Origin: Escherichia phage vB_EcoM_G2133
Direction: 5' to 3' (one strand)
Sequence record: MK327928.1
DNA length: 64,000 nucleotides
The notes under the pieces are model-generated. The model made no database searches. It saw nothing but the letters and a program-made list of their open reading frames with translations, and had not been told where the DNA came from. Both the position numbers and the translations under genes were made by a program. This document shows positions 1 to 9,735 of this stretch, in pieces (position 1 is the first letter of the stretch; every line of letters begins with the position of its first letter).

Positions 1-855
1 GGTTTCAACGGTTCTACCGATAACCCATGGAATGAAATGGGCTTCCGTATCGATAAACAAGTTATCGAAGCTAAATCTCGTCAGCTGAAAGCTGCTTACT
101 CTATCGAATTAGCACAAGACCTCCGCGCTGTTCACGGTATGGATGCTGATGCTGAACTGTCTGGTATTCTGGCTACAGAAATTATGCTGGAAATCAACCG
201 TGAAGTTGTTGATTGGATTAACTACTCAGCTCAGGTTGGTAAATCTGGTATGACCCTGACTCCGGGTTCTAAAGCTGGTGTATTTGACTTCCAAGACCCA
301 ATCGATATTCGTGGTGCTCGCTGGGCAGGTGAATCCTTTAAAGCTCTGTTGTTCCAGATTGACAAAGAAGCAGTTGAAATTGCTCGTCAGACTGGTCGTG
401 GTGAAGGTAACTTCATTATCGCTTCCCGTAACGTAGTTAACGTTCTGGCTTCAGTTGATACCGGCATTTCTTATGCTGCACAGGGTCTGGCTACCGGCTT
501 CAACACTGATACTACCAAGTCAGTATTTGCTGGTGTTCTGGGTGGTAAATACCGTGTATATATCGACCAGTATGCTAAACAGGATTATTTCACTGTAGGT
601 TATAAAGGTCCGAACGAAATGGATGCTGGTATTTACTATGCTCCATATGTAGCTCTGACTCCGCTGCGTGGTTCCGATCCGAAGAACTTCCAACCGGTAA
701 TGGGATTCAAAACTCGTTACGGTATCGGTATCAACCCATTTGCAGAATCCGCTGCTCAGGCTCCGGCTTCTCGCATCCAGAGCGGTATGCCTTCTATTCT
801 GAATAGCCTTGGTAAAAACGCTTACTTCCGCCGTGTATATGTTAAAGGTATCTAA
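1..855 (+). CDS. 23: Major capsid protein gp23, C-terminal part (5' end lies upstream of window)
   Basis: Frame-1 ORF is open from base 1 (GFNGSTDNPWNEMGFRIDKQ...) to stop at 855; sequence recognised as T4 gp23 C-terminus; followed by a strong GC hairpin. Confidence 0.9.
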   Translation, partial: GFNGSTDNPWNEMGFRIDKQVIEAKSRQLKAAYSIELAQDLRAVHGMDADAELSGILATEIMLEINREVVDWINYSAQVGKSGMTLTPGSKAGVFDFQDPIDIRGARWAGESFKALLFQIDKEAVEIARQTGRGEGNFIIASRNVVNVLASVDTGISYAAQGLATGFNTDTTKSVFAGVLGGKYRVYIDQYAKQDYFTVGYKGPNEMDAGIYYAPYVALTPLRGSDPKNFQPVMGFKTRYGIGINPFAESAAQAPASRIQSGMPSILNSLGKNAYFRRVYVKGI

Positions 856-870
856 TCTTTGACGATTTAA

Positions 871-886
871 GGGACCTTCGGGTCCC
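871..886 (+). terminator. GC-rich hairpin gggaccTTCGggtccc followed by T-rich tract; terminator/RNA-stability hairpin after gene 23
   Basis: Perfect 6-bp stem with UUCG loop then tttagttgttttta. Confidence 0.7.
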
Positions 887-903
887 TTTAGTTGTTTTTA
901 TGG

Positions 904-911
904 TATAAATA
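904..911 (+). promoter_or_regulatory. T4-type late promoter TATAAATA upstream of gene 24
   Basis: Exact TATAAATA about 28 nt upstream of the gp24 ATG, with aaggaaag RBS between. Confidence 0.7.
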
Positions 912-938
912 AATCATATAAACCAAAAGGAAAGCGCA

Positions 939-2222
939 ATGGCTAAAATCAACGAACTTCTGCGCGAATCAACCACAACGAATAGCAACTCAATCGGTCG
1001 CCCAAATCTCGTTGCTTTGACTCGCGCTACCACTAAATTAATATATTCTGACATTGTAGCAACGCAAAGAACTAATCAACCTGTTGCTGCTTTTTATGGT
1101 ATCAAATACCTTAACCCAGACAACGAATTTACATTTAAAACTGGTGCTACTTACGCTGGCGAAGCTGGATATGTAGACCGAGAACAAATCACAGAATTAA
1201 CAGAAGAGTCTAAATTAACTCTCAATAAAGGCGATTTATTCAAATATAATAATATCGTTTATAAAGTATTAGAAGATACTCCATTCGCTGATATTGAAGA
1301 AAGCGACTTAGAGTTAGCTCTTCAGATTGCAATTGTTCTTTTAAAGGTTCGTCTATTTTCTGACGCAGCGTCAACAAGCAAATTTGAAAGCTCTGATAGT
1401 GAAATTGCGGATGCTAGATTTCAGATTAATAAATGGCAAACCGCGGTTAAATCTCGTAAACTTAAAACTGGCATCACAGTTGAATTAGCGCAAGATTTAG
1501 AAGCAAATGGATTCGATGCTCCTAATTTCTTGGAAGATTTGCTTGCAACTGAAATGGCAGATGAAATCAATAAAGATATTCTGCAGTCTTTGATTACAGT
1601 GTCAAAACGCTATAAAGTTACAGGAATTACTGATAGTGGATTCATCGATTTGAGTTATGCATCTGCACCTGAAGCGGGTCGTTCATTATATCGAATGGTA
1701 TGTGAAATGGTTTCGCATATCCAAAAAGAATCAACTTATACAGCAACGTTCTGTGTTGCTTCAGCTCGTGCCGCTGCGATTCTTGCTGCATCAGGTTGGT
1801 TAAAATATAAACCAGAAGATGATAAATATCTTTCACAAAATGCCTACGGGTTCTTAGCTAATGGTTTACCGCTTTATTGCGATACTAACAGCCCATTAGA
1901 TTATGTAATCGTTGGTGTAGTAGAAAATATCGGTGAAAAAGAAATTGTTGGATCAATTTTCTATGCTCCGTATACAGAAGGTCTTGACTTAGATGACCCT
2001 GAACATGTAGGTGCATTTAAAGTTGTTGTTGATCCAGAAAGCTTACAACCGTCTATCGGTTTATTAGTTAGATATGCTTTATCAGCAAATCCTTATACCG
2101 TAGCAAAAGATGAAAAAGAAGCAAGAATAATTGATGGTGGAGACATGGATAAAATGGCGGGTCGTTCAGATTTGTCTGTTTTATTAGGTGTTAAATTACC
2201 AAAAATTATTATTGATGAATAA
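939..2222 (+). CDS. 24: Head vertex protein gp24
   Basis: 427 aa; gp23 paralogue (shared motif KLKTGITVELAQDLE similar to gp23 AAYSIELAQDLR); position after gene 23. Confidence 0.9.
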   Translation: MAKINELLRESTTTNSNSIGRPNLVALTRATTKLIYSDIVATQRTNQPVAAFYGIKYLNPDNEFTFKTGATYAGEAGYVDREQITELTEESKLTLNKGDLFKYNNIVYKVLEDTPFADIEESDLELALQIAIVLLKVRLFSDAASTSKFESSDSEIADARFQINKWQTAVKSRKLKTGITVELAQDLEANGFDAPNFLEDLLATEMADEINKDILQSLITVSKRYKVTGITDSGFIDLSYASAPEAGRSLYRMVCEMVSHIQKESTYTATFCVASARAAAILAASGWLKYKPEDDKYLSQNAYGFLANGLPLYCDTNSPLDYVIVGVVENIGEKEIVGSIFYAPYTEGLDLDDPEHVGAFKVVVDPESLQPSIGLLVRYALSANPYTVAKDEKEARIIDGGDMDKMAGRSDLSVLLGVKLPKIIIDE

Positions 2223-2228
2223 AACAAA

Positions 2229-2244
2229 GGGACCGAAAGGTCCC
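2229..2244. terminator. Bidirectional hairpin gggaccGAAAggtccc between convergent gp24 and rnlB
   Basis: Perfect stem, GNRA loop, T-run on plus side (ttttta ttt) and A-run upstream. Confidence 0.65.
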
Positions 2245-2251
2245 TTTTTAT

Positions 2252-3259
2252 TTAGCTCACCAACTCAATCCAAGCTGGACGAAGTACATCTTGTACCATT
2301 TTAACTAATTCCTTTTTAATCAAAGAAGGATTATCTGCTTGAGTTAGAGTAATACCTTCACGAGAAGTTTCTTCCAAAATATCTTGAACAGTTAGCCCCA
2401 TCACCTTTCCAAAATCCTTTGGACCAATTTCGCCAATTTTAGAAATAACGTTATTTACGCGGTTTAGTGTAACGTAACAAGCTAAAATTCCAACCAATTT
2501 GTTATCAGCTTCTGATAGTTCAACTTTAGCTTTAATAGGCTTATCAGACTTTTTCTTTTCACTAAATTTAGAGTTCTTGCATTTAATCGCTACACGAGCA
2601 CCGTTTGGCAGCCATTTAGGGAAACAAGGCTTCAGAACATAACCTTCTGCAGTATTATCACCAATAACATTAGCATCAAATACACAATTATTTGCTTCGA
2701 CAAGGTCTTCCGATGCCGTAACGTTATAAGCGGCTAAGACGGAATCAAGGTCGTTTGGAATCATGATAAGAGCATCAAATGTTCCACGTCCAAGCATTGG
2801 TGCCATTTTAAAACCAAACGTATTACAGAAATCTTGCATTTCGTAATCACTCATGTAATAAGTATCACCGCTTTCCGTGTTTATGATGATATCGAATACA
2901 TAGAAATCTTTTTCACCGTAGTCAACACCTTTCTGAATTCCACCACCAGCGAATTCACCAAAGACTTGATATGTCACCGGCACTGAAGTTGAAATACTGT
3001 CCATGACTTCTTGAACGCCTTTAATAGCTTTATCATACTTTTTGAGTACTATTTCATAGCCATAAAAATCTTCTGCTGGAAGAATAGGGCCAGTACGTTT
3101 AGCGCAAGTTACTTTATCACGCTCAATAATCAATGAGAAATTTGTACCATGAATCTTTTCACGAGCTACCCACTCCCCACCAGTCAATCCCAAGCTATAA
3201 AGTTTTTCAATAAATTTAGAGTTGTAATGATTTTCAAGACTGCTATACTTTTTAAACAT
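2252..3259 (-). CDS. rnlB: RNA ligase 2 (Rnl2)
   Basis: 335 aa; nucleotidyltransferase lysine motif KIHGTN near N-terminus; T4 position between 24 and hoc. Confidence 0.9.
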   Translation of the reverse strand: MFKKYSSLENHYNSKFIEKLYSLGLTGGEWVAREKIHGTNFSLIIERDKVTCAKRTGPILPAEDFYGYEIVLKKYDKAIKGVQEVMDSISTSVPVTYQVFGEFAGGGIQKGVDYGEKDFYVFDIIINTESGDTYYMSDYEMQDFCNTFGFKMAPMLGRGTFDALIMIPNDLDSVLAAYNVTASEDLVEANNCVFDANVIGDNTAEGYVLKPCFPKWLPNGARVAIKCKNSKFSEKKKSDKPIKAKVELSEADNKLVGILACYVTLNRVNNVISKIGEIGPKDFGKVMGLTVQDILEETSREGITLTQADNPSLIKKELVKMVQDVLRPAWIELVS

Positions 3260-3268
3260 AATTAATCC

Positions 3269-3547
3269 TCAAAATGTAATTTCTAACCAATCACCATCAC
3301 GCTGATCACTATTGACTTTAAAGCTGAATCCTTCTTTTCTCAGCCAATCACCAATTTCTTCAGTAATCAATTTATCACGAGCAATACAATAATAATTAAA
3401 ATGTGTTTTACCTTGTTCAGCTGCTTTATTAGCAAGTTCCGAAAAATCTTTAATAAAACATTCTAGCTTAAACTGTTTACTTTTGAATGCTTTTTCGCGT
3501 AATTGATTAGCAAAAGATTCATTTTCATAAAGATCATACTGTTCCAT
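3269..3547 (-). CDS. Hypothetical protein (T4 24.2-like position)
   Basis: 92-aa ORF, translationally coupled to neighbour. Confidence 0.5.
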   Translation of the reverse strand: MEQYDLYENESFANQLREKAFKSKQFKLECFIKDFSELANKAAEQGKTHFNYYCIARDKLITEEIGDWLRKEGFSFKVNSDQRDGDWLEITF

Positions 3548-3749
3548 TTTTCACCTTTTTATTGATATGTCTTTTTCTATAGACAACTTTTTCTCGAGTT
3601 TCAAATTTATTCTTAGCAGTCATAGCTCGAGCCCATAATACAGCCACTTCTTTTGCCTGTAAGTTTAATTCACGAGCAATTTCAATGAATGACTTTCCAG
3701 ACTCATGAAGAGTAAACACCACAACCTCAGTTCTCATAATCAATCTCAT
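3534..3749 (-). CDS. Hypothetical protein (T4 24.3-like position)
   Basis: 71-aa ORF upstream of and overlapping previous ORF. Confidence 0.5.
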   Translation of the reverse strand: MRLIMRTEVVVFTLHESGKSFIEIARELNLQAKEVAVLWARAMTAKNKFETREKVVYRKRHINKKVKNGTV

Positions 3750-3818
3750 GTTATCGAGTTGGTGCCATTATATACATCATTTTCTGATTATGTTTTGTGT
3801 GCTTTCAAAATGAAGAAA

Positions 3819-3832
3819 GGGGCCGAAGCCCC
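3819..3832 (-). terminator. Hairpin ggggccGAAGcccc downstream of hoc
   Basis: Perfect GC stem immediately after hoc stop codon on the minus strand. Confidence 0.6.
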
Positions 3833-3838
3833 TTATGA

Positions 3839-5257
3839 TTATGGATAGGTATAGATGATACCAGTTTCTAAAGCAGTTTTATGAATGATGTATCCATTAC
3901 GCGATTCTTGAACATCAACTTCTGGATAGTCTTTCATCATCTTCTGAAGAGTGTAACGATGCAGGTAGTATTTACTATCTGGATCTTCAGTTTTCCAATC
4001 TTTACCTTCTTCAGTCATTTTTTGGATTTCATCCATAACCCACCAACCGCACCAGATATAAGCTGAGCTACGATGTGGAAGAGGATGAACATAAGGTAAT
4101 TCACCTTCTGGTTCCGGAGCAACTTTATCAGTCACTTGAACTTGACCTGTGGCTTTAACTGTTTTACTATCATAGTCAGTTGCTGTAACGACAGCAGTAA
4201 CTTCAATAGTTTGACTTCCAACAGATGAGGTATCAACAGTATATACGTTAGTTGACCCTTCCACAGGAGAAGAATCTTTCTTCCATGAGTAAGTAATTTG
4301 TGCTGCTTCAGGTGCGCCATTAACATTAGCAGTAAATGTAGCCGAAGCATCTTGCTGAACATTAATAGAAGGAGGAGTCAATGTAACCTGTGGATTCATT
4401 GTCTTCTTATTAACTGTCAATGATACTTCATTGGAAGTAACTTCCTTTTCATTATAATTTTCTGCAGTTACTTGGGCTACGCATTTAATTCTTTTTACTC
4501 CACTTGTAGTTGGAGTATAGTTAAATGTAGAGTTAGTTTCTCCACCAACTTGTGAATCATCTACATACCACTGATACGTAGCAGACGCTCCGTCAGGTTG
4601 AGAAGCTAATGCAGCAGTAAATTGAACCGGGGTTCCAATTACTCCAGCAGCAGGACTAGCAGGAGTTACTGCCAAGGTAGTTGTCTGTGTCTTTTTATTA
4701 ACTGTCAATGATACTTCATTGGAAGTAACGCTCAGTGCATCATAATCTGTCGCAGTTACTTGAGCTACACACTTAATTTTTTTAACTCCGCTTGTAGTAG
4801 GAGTATAATTGAATGTAGCAGAAGTTGCTTCGCTCACAGGAGAACCGTCAACGTACCATTGATACGTAGCAGATGCGCCCGATGGCTGTGAAGCTAAGGC
4901 AGCAGTAAATTCAACGGCTGTTCCGATTACTCCTTCTGGAGGACTATTAGGAGTTACAGCTAAGGTAGTTGTTTGTGTCTTATTTTGAACTGTGATAGTT
5001 GTACTAATTTCAGCTGTTTCAGCTTCAGAATCAGGAATAGTATTTGTTGCAACTACCTTAATAGTCTTTTGACCAGCAGGTCCTTTTAATACATAATCAA
5101 AAGTTGCTGCTGATCCTTCTTGGGGAGCATTATCTACGCTCCAAGCATAGGTAATAGTTCCACCTCCAGTTTCACCACTGGGTGTAGCAGTAAACTGCTT
5201 GGTTTCATCAATAACCCCTGTTGGTGTTTTAGGAGTTATATCAACTGTAAAAGCCAT
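3839..5257 (-). CDS. hoc: Highly immunogenic outer capsid protein Hoc with tandem Ig-like domains
   Basis: 472 aa; repeated about 95-aa modules (…TSNEVSLTVNKKTQTTTLAVTP…ATYQWYVD…); C-terminal capsid-binding region; position between rnlB and inh. Confidence 0.85.
   Translation of the reverse strand: MAFTVDITPKTPTGVIDETKQFTATPSGETGGGTITYAWSVDNAPQEGSAATFDYVLKGPAGQKTIKVVATNTIPDSEAETAEISTTITVQNKTQTTTLAVTPNSPPEGVIGTAVEFTAALASQPSGASATYQWYVDGSPVSEATSATFNYTPTTSGVKKIKCVAQVTATDYDALSVTSNEVSLTVNKKTQTTTLAVTPASPAAGVIGTPVQFTAALASQPDGASATYQWYVDDSQVGGETNSTFNYTPTTSGVKRIKCVAQVTAENYNEKEVTSNEVSLTVNKKTMNPQVTLTPPSINVQQDASATFTANVNGAPEAAQITYSWKKDSSPVEGSTNVYTVDTSSVGSQTIEVTAVVTATDYDSKTVKATGQVQVTDKVAPEPEGELPYVHPLPHRSSAYIWCGWWVMDEIQKMTEEGKDWKTEDPDSKYYLHRYTLQKMMKDYPEVDVQESRNGYIIHKTALETGIIYTYP
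4400..4990. repeat. Tandem ~290-bp direct repeats inside hoc (Ig-like domain duplication)
   Basis: cttattaactgtcaatgatacttcattggaagtaac occurs at ~4405 and ~4694; the flanking sequence is also closely similar. Confidence 0.8.
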
Positions 5258-5266
5258 AAGTTATCC

Positions 5267-5947
5267 TTATTTTAATGTTACGAAAGAAGAATTGCGTGTT
5301 TCACGAATTAAAACTGATCCGTCACGGTTAATGTAATAAATTAAGCTAAATAATGTTTGGTGTGCAGAAGCATGCTCAAAACTAGTTGGGTGAGATTTCC
5401 AATCCGGAGTTTCAGCGATCCATTGATAAATCCACCAAGGAACAGTACAGAATCCTGGATTTTTTCCAATCAGCTGAAGATTCGGACTAAAGTTTTCCGG
5501 AAGAGTAAATACAGACGGCTTTTCAGATTCAATAATCTCAGCTACAGCCTGTTCGAATTTTTCTTCAACAAAAGGAGTATCTTCAATCAAAACGTCAGTA
5601 TTTTCAGGAATTTTATCCGTTTCTACTACTTCAATTTTAATGTCAGATTTAACCGGAGAATCAATCAGAAGTGCTGCTTCTGGATTGACTTCTTCATCGT
5701 CATATTTTAACCCTTCTGCGGCATCAGCAGCATTGATTAAGTCTTTAATAGATAACCCATCAGTCTCTGGCATAGGTTCATTAGCGAGCTTCTGGAGGGC
5801 TTCTTCAATATCAATAACGATATTATCAAAAGATTTATTCTTTTTGACCTTTATACCAAACTGTTCAGCATATTCAGCTAATTTAGCTTTAGCTTCTTTA
5901 TTATCATCAAGAGCCTTCAGCTCTGCAATATAATCTTTATCTATCAT
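5267..5947 (-). CDS. inh: Inhibitor of prohead protease (Inh)
   Basis: 226 aa, acidic, position between hoc and segD as in T4. Confidence 0.75.
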   Translation of the reverse strand: MIDKDYIAELKALDDNKEAKAKLAEYAEQFGIKVKKNKSFDNIVIDIEEALQKLANEPMPETDGLSIKDLINAADAAEGLKYDDEEVNPEAALLIDSPVKSDIKIEVVETDKIPENTDVLIEDTPFVEEKFEQAVAEIIESEKPSVFTLPENFSPNLQLIGKNPGFCTVPWWIYQWIAETPDWKSHPTSFEHASAHQTLFSLIYYINRDGSVLIRETRNSSFVTLK

Positions 5948-5960
5948 AATATTTCCTCAG

Positions 5961-5968
5961 TATAAATA
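5961..5968 (+). promoter_or_regulatory. Late promoter TATAAATA upstream of segD
   Basis: Exact TATAAATA 29 nt upstream of segD ATG. Confidence 0.55.
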
Positions 5969-5996
5969 TAGATATATTTATTACTCGGAAAATAGT

Positions 5997-6614
5997 ATGT
6001 ACCACTTTGTATATGAAACAACAAATCTAATAAATGGTAAAAAGTATATAGGAAAACACTCTACTGATGACTTGAATGATGGTTACCTTGGTTCCGGTAA
6101 GGCAATTCAGCAGGCTATAAAGAAATATGGTGAAAACAATTTCTCTAGAACAATACTAAAAGAGTTTAAAACTTCCGAAGAAGCGTACATGTATGAAGAA
6201 GAAATTATAACTCCTGAACTAATAAAAAGCAAAAATTATTATAATATGAAACCTGGTGGAATTGGTGGAATTGTTATGACTACAGAGGTTATAGCAAAGA
6301 TGAAAGAATCTTCCGCTAAGAGATTTGAAAACTCACCGGGCACGGTATTAGGTACAACTTGTTACACTAATGGAACTAAAAATATTTTTATTAAGCCTGG
6401 AGAACTTGTTCCAGAAGGATTTGTAAAAGGGATGGTTCATCCTAATAGAAAGTCCAGAAAAGGATGTAAAGTCAAACCGACTACCACAGGAACTTTTTGG
6501 ATCAATAATGGCACAATAAATAAATTAATACAACCAGACGGTATTATTCCCGACGGATTTATTAAAGGTCGTCTCATGAAAAGAGATTCTAAAGGCAAAT
6601 TTAGTAAGGCATAA
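5997..6614 (+). CDS. segD: GIY-YIG homing endonuclease SegD-like
   Basis: 205 aa; N-terminal GIY-YIG module (KYIGKH … YLGSG …N); free-standing between inh and uvsW. Confidence 0.8.
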   Translation: MYHFVYETTNLINGKKYIGKHSTDDLNDGYLGSGKAIQQAIKKYGENNFSRTILKEFKTSEEAYMYEEEIITPELIKSKNYYNMKPGGIGGIVMTTEVIAKMKESSAKRFENSPGTVLGTTCYTNGTKNIFIKPGELVPEGFVKGMVHPNRKSRKGCKVKPTTTGTFWINNGTINKLIQPDGIIPDGFIKGRLMKRDSKGKFSKA

Positions 6615-6616
6615 TT

Positions 6617-8125
6617 ATGGATATTAAAGTACATTTTCACGACTTCAGTCATGTACGCATCGATTGTGAAGAGAGCACGTTCCACGAATTAAGAGATTTC
6701 TTTTCGTTTGAGGCCGATGGATATAGATTTAACCCTCGCTTCAGATATGGCAACTGGGATGGACGAATCCGTCTTTTAGATTATAATCGTCTTCTTCCAT
6801 TCGGCTTAGTCGGGCAAATTAAAAAGTTCTGTGATAACTTTGGCTATAAAGCCTGGATTGACCCGCAAATTAATGAAAAAGAAGAATTATCAAGAAAAGA
6901 TTTTGATGAATGGCTTTCTAAATTAGAAATCTATTCAGGAAATAAAAGAATTGAACCACACTGGTATCAAAAAGATGCAGTGTTCGAAGGATTAGTTAAT
7001 CGTCGTAGAATTCTTAATCTTCCAACATCTGCGGGTAAATCTTTAATTCAAGCTTTGCTTGCGCGATATTATTTGGAAAATTATGAAGGTAAAATTCTTA
7101 TCATTGTTCCAACAACTGCTCTGACAACTCAGATGGCTGATGACTTTGTTGATTATCGTTTATTCAGTCATGCAATGATAAAGAAAATCGGTGGCGGAGC
7201 ATCAAAAGATGATAAATATAAAAATGATGCACCAGTCGTCGTTGGTACATGGCAAACTGTAGTAAAACAACCGAAAGAATGGTTCTCACAGTTTGGAATG
7301 ATGATGAATGATGAATGCCATCTTGCTACAGGAAAAAGTATTTCATCTATCATATCAGGTTTAAATAACTGTATGTTTAAATTTGGTCTATCTGGTTCAT
7401 TACGTGATGGCAAAGCCAATATCATGCAGTATGTTGGAATGTTTGGTGAAATATTTAAGCCAGTAACGACTTCTAAGTTAATGGAAGATGGACAAGTAAC
7501 TGAGCTAAAAATTAATAGTATTTTTCTTCGCTATCCCGATGAGTTCACTACTAAATTAAAGGGAAAAACTTATCAAGAAGAAATAAAAATTATTACTGGG
7601 CTTAGTAAAAGAAATAAATGGATCGCTAAATTAGCTATTAAGCTTGCGCAAAAAGATGAAAACGCTTTTGTCATGTTTAAACATGTATCACATGGTAAAG
7701 CTATTTTCGATTTAATTAAAAATGAATACGATAAAGTTTATTACGTATCAGGGGAAGTTGATACCGAAACCCGCAATATAATGAAAACCTTAGCTGAAAA
7801 TGGTAAAGGAATAATTATAGTAGCTAGTTATGGTGTATTTTCTACTGGTATTTCAGTTAAAAATCTGCATCACGTTGTTTTAGCGCACGGTGTTAAATCA
7901 AAAATCATTGTATTACAAACAATAGGTCGCGTATTACGTAAACATGGTTCTAAAACAATTGCAACAGTCTGGGATCTTATAGATGACGCAGGCGTCAAGC
8001 CAAAATCTGCTAATACGAAAAAGAAATACGTTCATTTGAACTATCTTTTAAAACACGGCATTGATCGTATTCAGCGCTACGCAGATGAAAAATTTAATTA
8101 CGTAATGAAAACAGTTAATTTATAA
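6617..8125 (+). CDS. uvsW: UvsW DNA/RNA helicase (SF2)
   Basis: 502 aa; Walker A-like LPTSAGKS, DEAH-like MNDECH motif; T4 position. Confidence 0.9.
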   Translation: MDIKVHFHDFSHVRIDCEESTFHELRDFFSFEADGYRFNPRFRYGNWDGRIRLLDYNRLLPFGLVGQIKKFCDNFGYKAWIDPQINEKEELSRKDFDEWLSKLEIYSGNKRIEPHWYQKDAVFEGLVNRRRILNLPTSAGKSLIQALLARYYLENYEGKILIIVPTTALTTQMADDFVDYRLFSHAMIKKIGGGASKDDKYKNDAPVVVGTWQTVVKQPKEWFSQFGMMMNDECHLATGKSISSIISGLNNCMFKFGLSGSLRDGKANIMQYVGMFGEIFKPVTTSKLMEDGQVTELKINSIFLRYPDEFTTKLKGKTYQEEIKIITGLSKRNKWIAKLAIKLAQKDENAFVMFKHVSHGKAIFDLIKNEYDKVYYVSGEVDTETRNIMKTLAENGKGIIIVASYGVFSTGISVKNLHHVVLAHGVKSKIIVLQTIGRVLRKHGSKTIATVWDLIDDAGVKPKSANTKKKYVHLNYLLKHGIDRIQRYADEKFNYVMKTVNL

Positions 8126-8126
8126 G

Positions 8127-8138
8127 GGCTTCGGCCCT
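8127..8138 (+). terminator. Hairpin gggcTTCGgccc between uvsW and uvsW.1
   Basis: Perfect stem followed by ttt and RBS ggag. Confidence 0.5.
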
Positions 8139-8150
8139 TTGGAGAAAAAG

Positions 8151-8381
8151 ATGTTACTAGAATTTAAACAATTTCTTTATGAAGCTTCTATTGATGAATT
8201 TATGGGTAAAATTGCCTCTTGTCAAACATTAGAAGGTTTAGAAGAACTTGAAGCTTATTATAAGAAAAGAGTTAAAGAAACTGAATTAAAAGATACTGAT
8301 GACATCTCTGTGAGAGATGCTTTGGCAGGAAAAAGAGCTGAATTAGAAGATTCAGACGATGAAGTAGAAGAAAGCTTTTAA
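8151..8381 (+). CDS. uvsW.1: UvsW.1 small acidic protein
   Basis: 76 aa from ATG at 8151 (ORF track used upstream TTG); RBS ggag at 8141. Confidence 0.7.
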   Translation: MLLEFKQFLYEASIDEFMGKIASCQTLEGLEELEAYYKKRVKETELKDTDDISVRDALAGKRAELEDSDDEVEESF

Positions 8382-8436
8382 ATTAAAAAAGGCCCAACCA
8401 AAAAGGAAGGGCCAAAACTATAGACTAAAGGTCACA

Positions 8437-8604
8437 CTATAGCAAAAGTTGTGTTTCATTTAATTGTTCTTCCGAACTTTCTGAAACTGGTAGTTCTTTA
8501 ATGTAATTATAGCAAGGCCCAGGATGTACAGGACCTTTGTCTGTTTCAACAACCAATGCAGAATCGATTGGAGTTTTACAGACAACACAAATCTTATCTG
8601 ACAT
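8437..8604 (-). CDS. Small Cys-containing protein (55 aa, CVVC…HPGPC)
   Basis: Unlisted ORF read by hand on minus strand: MSDKICVVCKTPIDSALVVETDKGPVHPGPCYNYIKELPVSESSEEQLNETQLLL. Confidence 0.5.
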   Translation of the reverse strand: MSDKICVVCKTPIDSALVVETDKGPVHPGPCYNYIKELPVSESSEEQLNETQLLL

Positions 8605-8632
8605 GATTGTCTCCTCTAAATTATATATCTAT

Positions 8633-8857
8633 TTATATAACTCTCATATGCATATCAATGCCCATATCTTTGGAATAAAAATATTCATCAAGATATCCAG
8701 CAAATTTTCCTTTAACATAAAGTACATCTTCACCGCATGGGTGGTCGGCCAGGATACGAATATCCTGACGCTTGAGATTATACTTTTTCATTAAGAATTG
8801 AATTTCCGTTTCGAATTCTTCTTCATAATTAAAAGCATCATCAATGCTATATTTCAT
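8633..8857 (-). CDS. uvsY.-1: Hypothetical protein downstream of uvsY
   Basis: 74 aa, start overlaps uvsY stop. Confidence 0.6.
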   Translation of the reverse strand: MKYSIDDAFNYEEEFETEIQFLMKKYNLKRQDIRILADHPCGEDVLYVKGKFAGYLDEYFYSKDMGIDMHMRVI

Positions 8858-9270
8858 TATTTTCCAGCCTCAAATGCTCGCATGTCTTGAATATGCTTAA
8901 TAGCAAATCCGCGTGATTTAATAGCATCAAGAGCTCCGCTACAGAAATCCAATAAAATTCCCCAATATTGTAATGAAGTATCAACTTTTAAAACATCCTT
9001 ATCAGCTGATAGAACTGTCTTCATTTCTGATTTCTCATAACGGTCCATACTAAATTCATCACCATCTCCTCGTCCCGAGTAGTAGTCTAATTTAGCTTTA
9101 AGAGCAACTTTTTTCTGTGCATCAATTCTAAGCATTTCCTTTTTAATACTTGAATGCTTATTGAGCCATTTACTATATAACATCACATTATTAGCTGCTT
9201 CATACTGTAATTTAGTCGAATCTATAAACACATCTTTCTTCAATTCTTCTTGAAGATCTTCTAATCTCAT
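8857..9270 (-). CDS. uvsY: UvsY recombination mediator
   Basis: 137 aa; T4 position upstream of gene 25. Confidence 0.85.
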   Translation of the reverse strand: MRLEDLQEELKKDVFIDSTKLQYEAANNVMLYSKWLNKHSSIKKEMLRIDAQKKVALKAKLDYYSGRGDGDEFSMDRYEKSEMKTVLSADKDVLKVDTSLQYWGILLDFCSGALDAIKSRGFAIKHIQDMRAFEAGK

Positions 9271-9336
9271 ATTGTTCTCTATTCAATTGTTATTGGATGG
9301 ACTTAGATTCATTATACCACGTTTTAACGTGAAGCA

Positions 9337-9735
9337 TTATACTCTATTACTAGAAGCCAGTTGCAGTTTTATCTGCTCAATATCATCAGGGTTATCGATG
9401 ACCGAAAAACGTATTTCTACTATCAGAGTATAATCATCATAAACGGGTATCACATTAACTGCTAATTTATCAATACGTGGCTCATAGTTTCTTACTGCGC
9501 TTTCGATATTACGCTCAACTGTGTCAGCAGTAAGAGGAGTCATATTTTCAAAAAGCTGGTCTGATAAATCACATCCAAATTCAGGGTCAAACGGTCTTGA
9601 ACCTTTTCTTGTTGTAATAATTCCCAAAAGACTGTTTTTAATTGACCTTAATCCAAGTGATCTGGAAACGTCTTTGTTCCAATCCATTTTCATTTCCGGG
9701 TCAATGTCAGAATAAAGCTTATTAATATTTGACAT
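9337..9735 (-). CDS. 25: Baseplate wedge protein gp25
   Basis: 132 aa; position between uvsY and gp26. Confidence 0.85.
   Translation of the reverse strand: MSNINKLYSDIDPEMKMDWNKDVSRSLGLRSIKNSLLGIITTRKGSRPFDPEFGCDLSDQLFENMTPLTADTVERNIESAVRNYEPRIDKLAVNVIPVYDDYTLIVEIRFSVIDNPDDIEQIKLQLASSNRV

Noticed and set aside
4132-5933. Antisense or alternate-frame ORFs within hoc and inh (4132..4362, 5357..5710, 5640..5933, 3881..4066)
   Set aside because: They overlap confidently assigned genes on the opposite strand or in another frame, and their translations are low-complexity; treated as spurious.
8139-8150. TTG-initiated longer versions of uvsW.1 and gp38 (54053) from the ORF track
   Set aside because: In both cases an ATG with a well-placed ggag/ggagg RBS lies 12 nt downstream and gives the length I recall for the T4/T2 homologues; the TTG extension would read through the preceding hairpin.
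8391-8413. Imperfect hairpin ggccc…gggcc between uvsW.1 and the small Cys ORF
   Set aside because: Only a 5-bp stem with a 13-nt loop; too weak to call a terminator.
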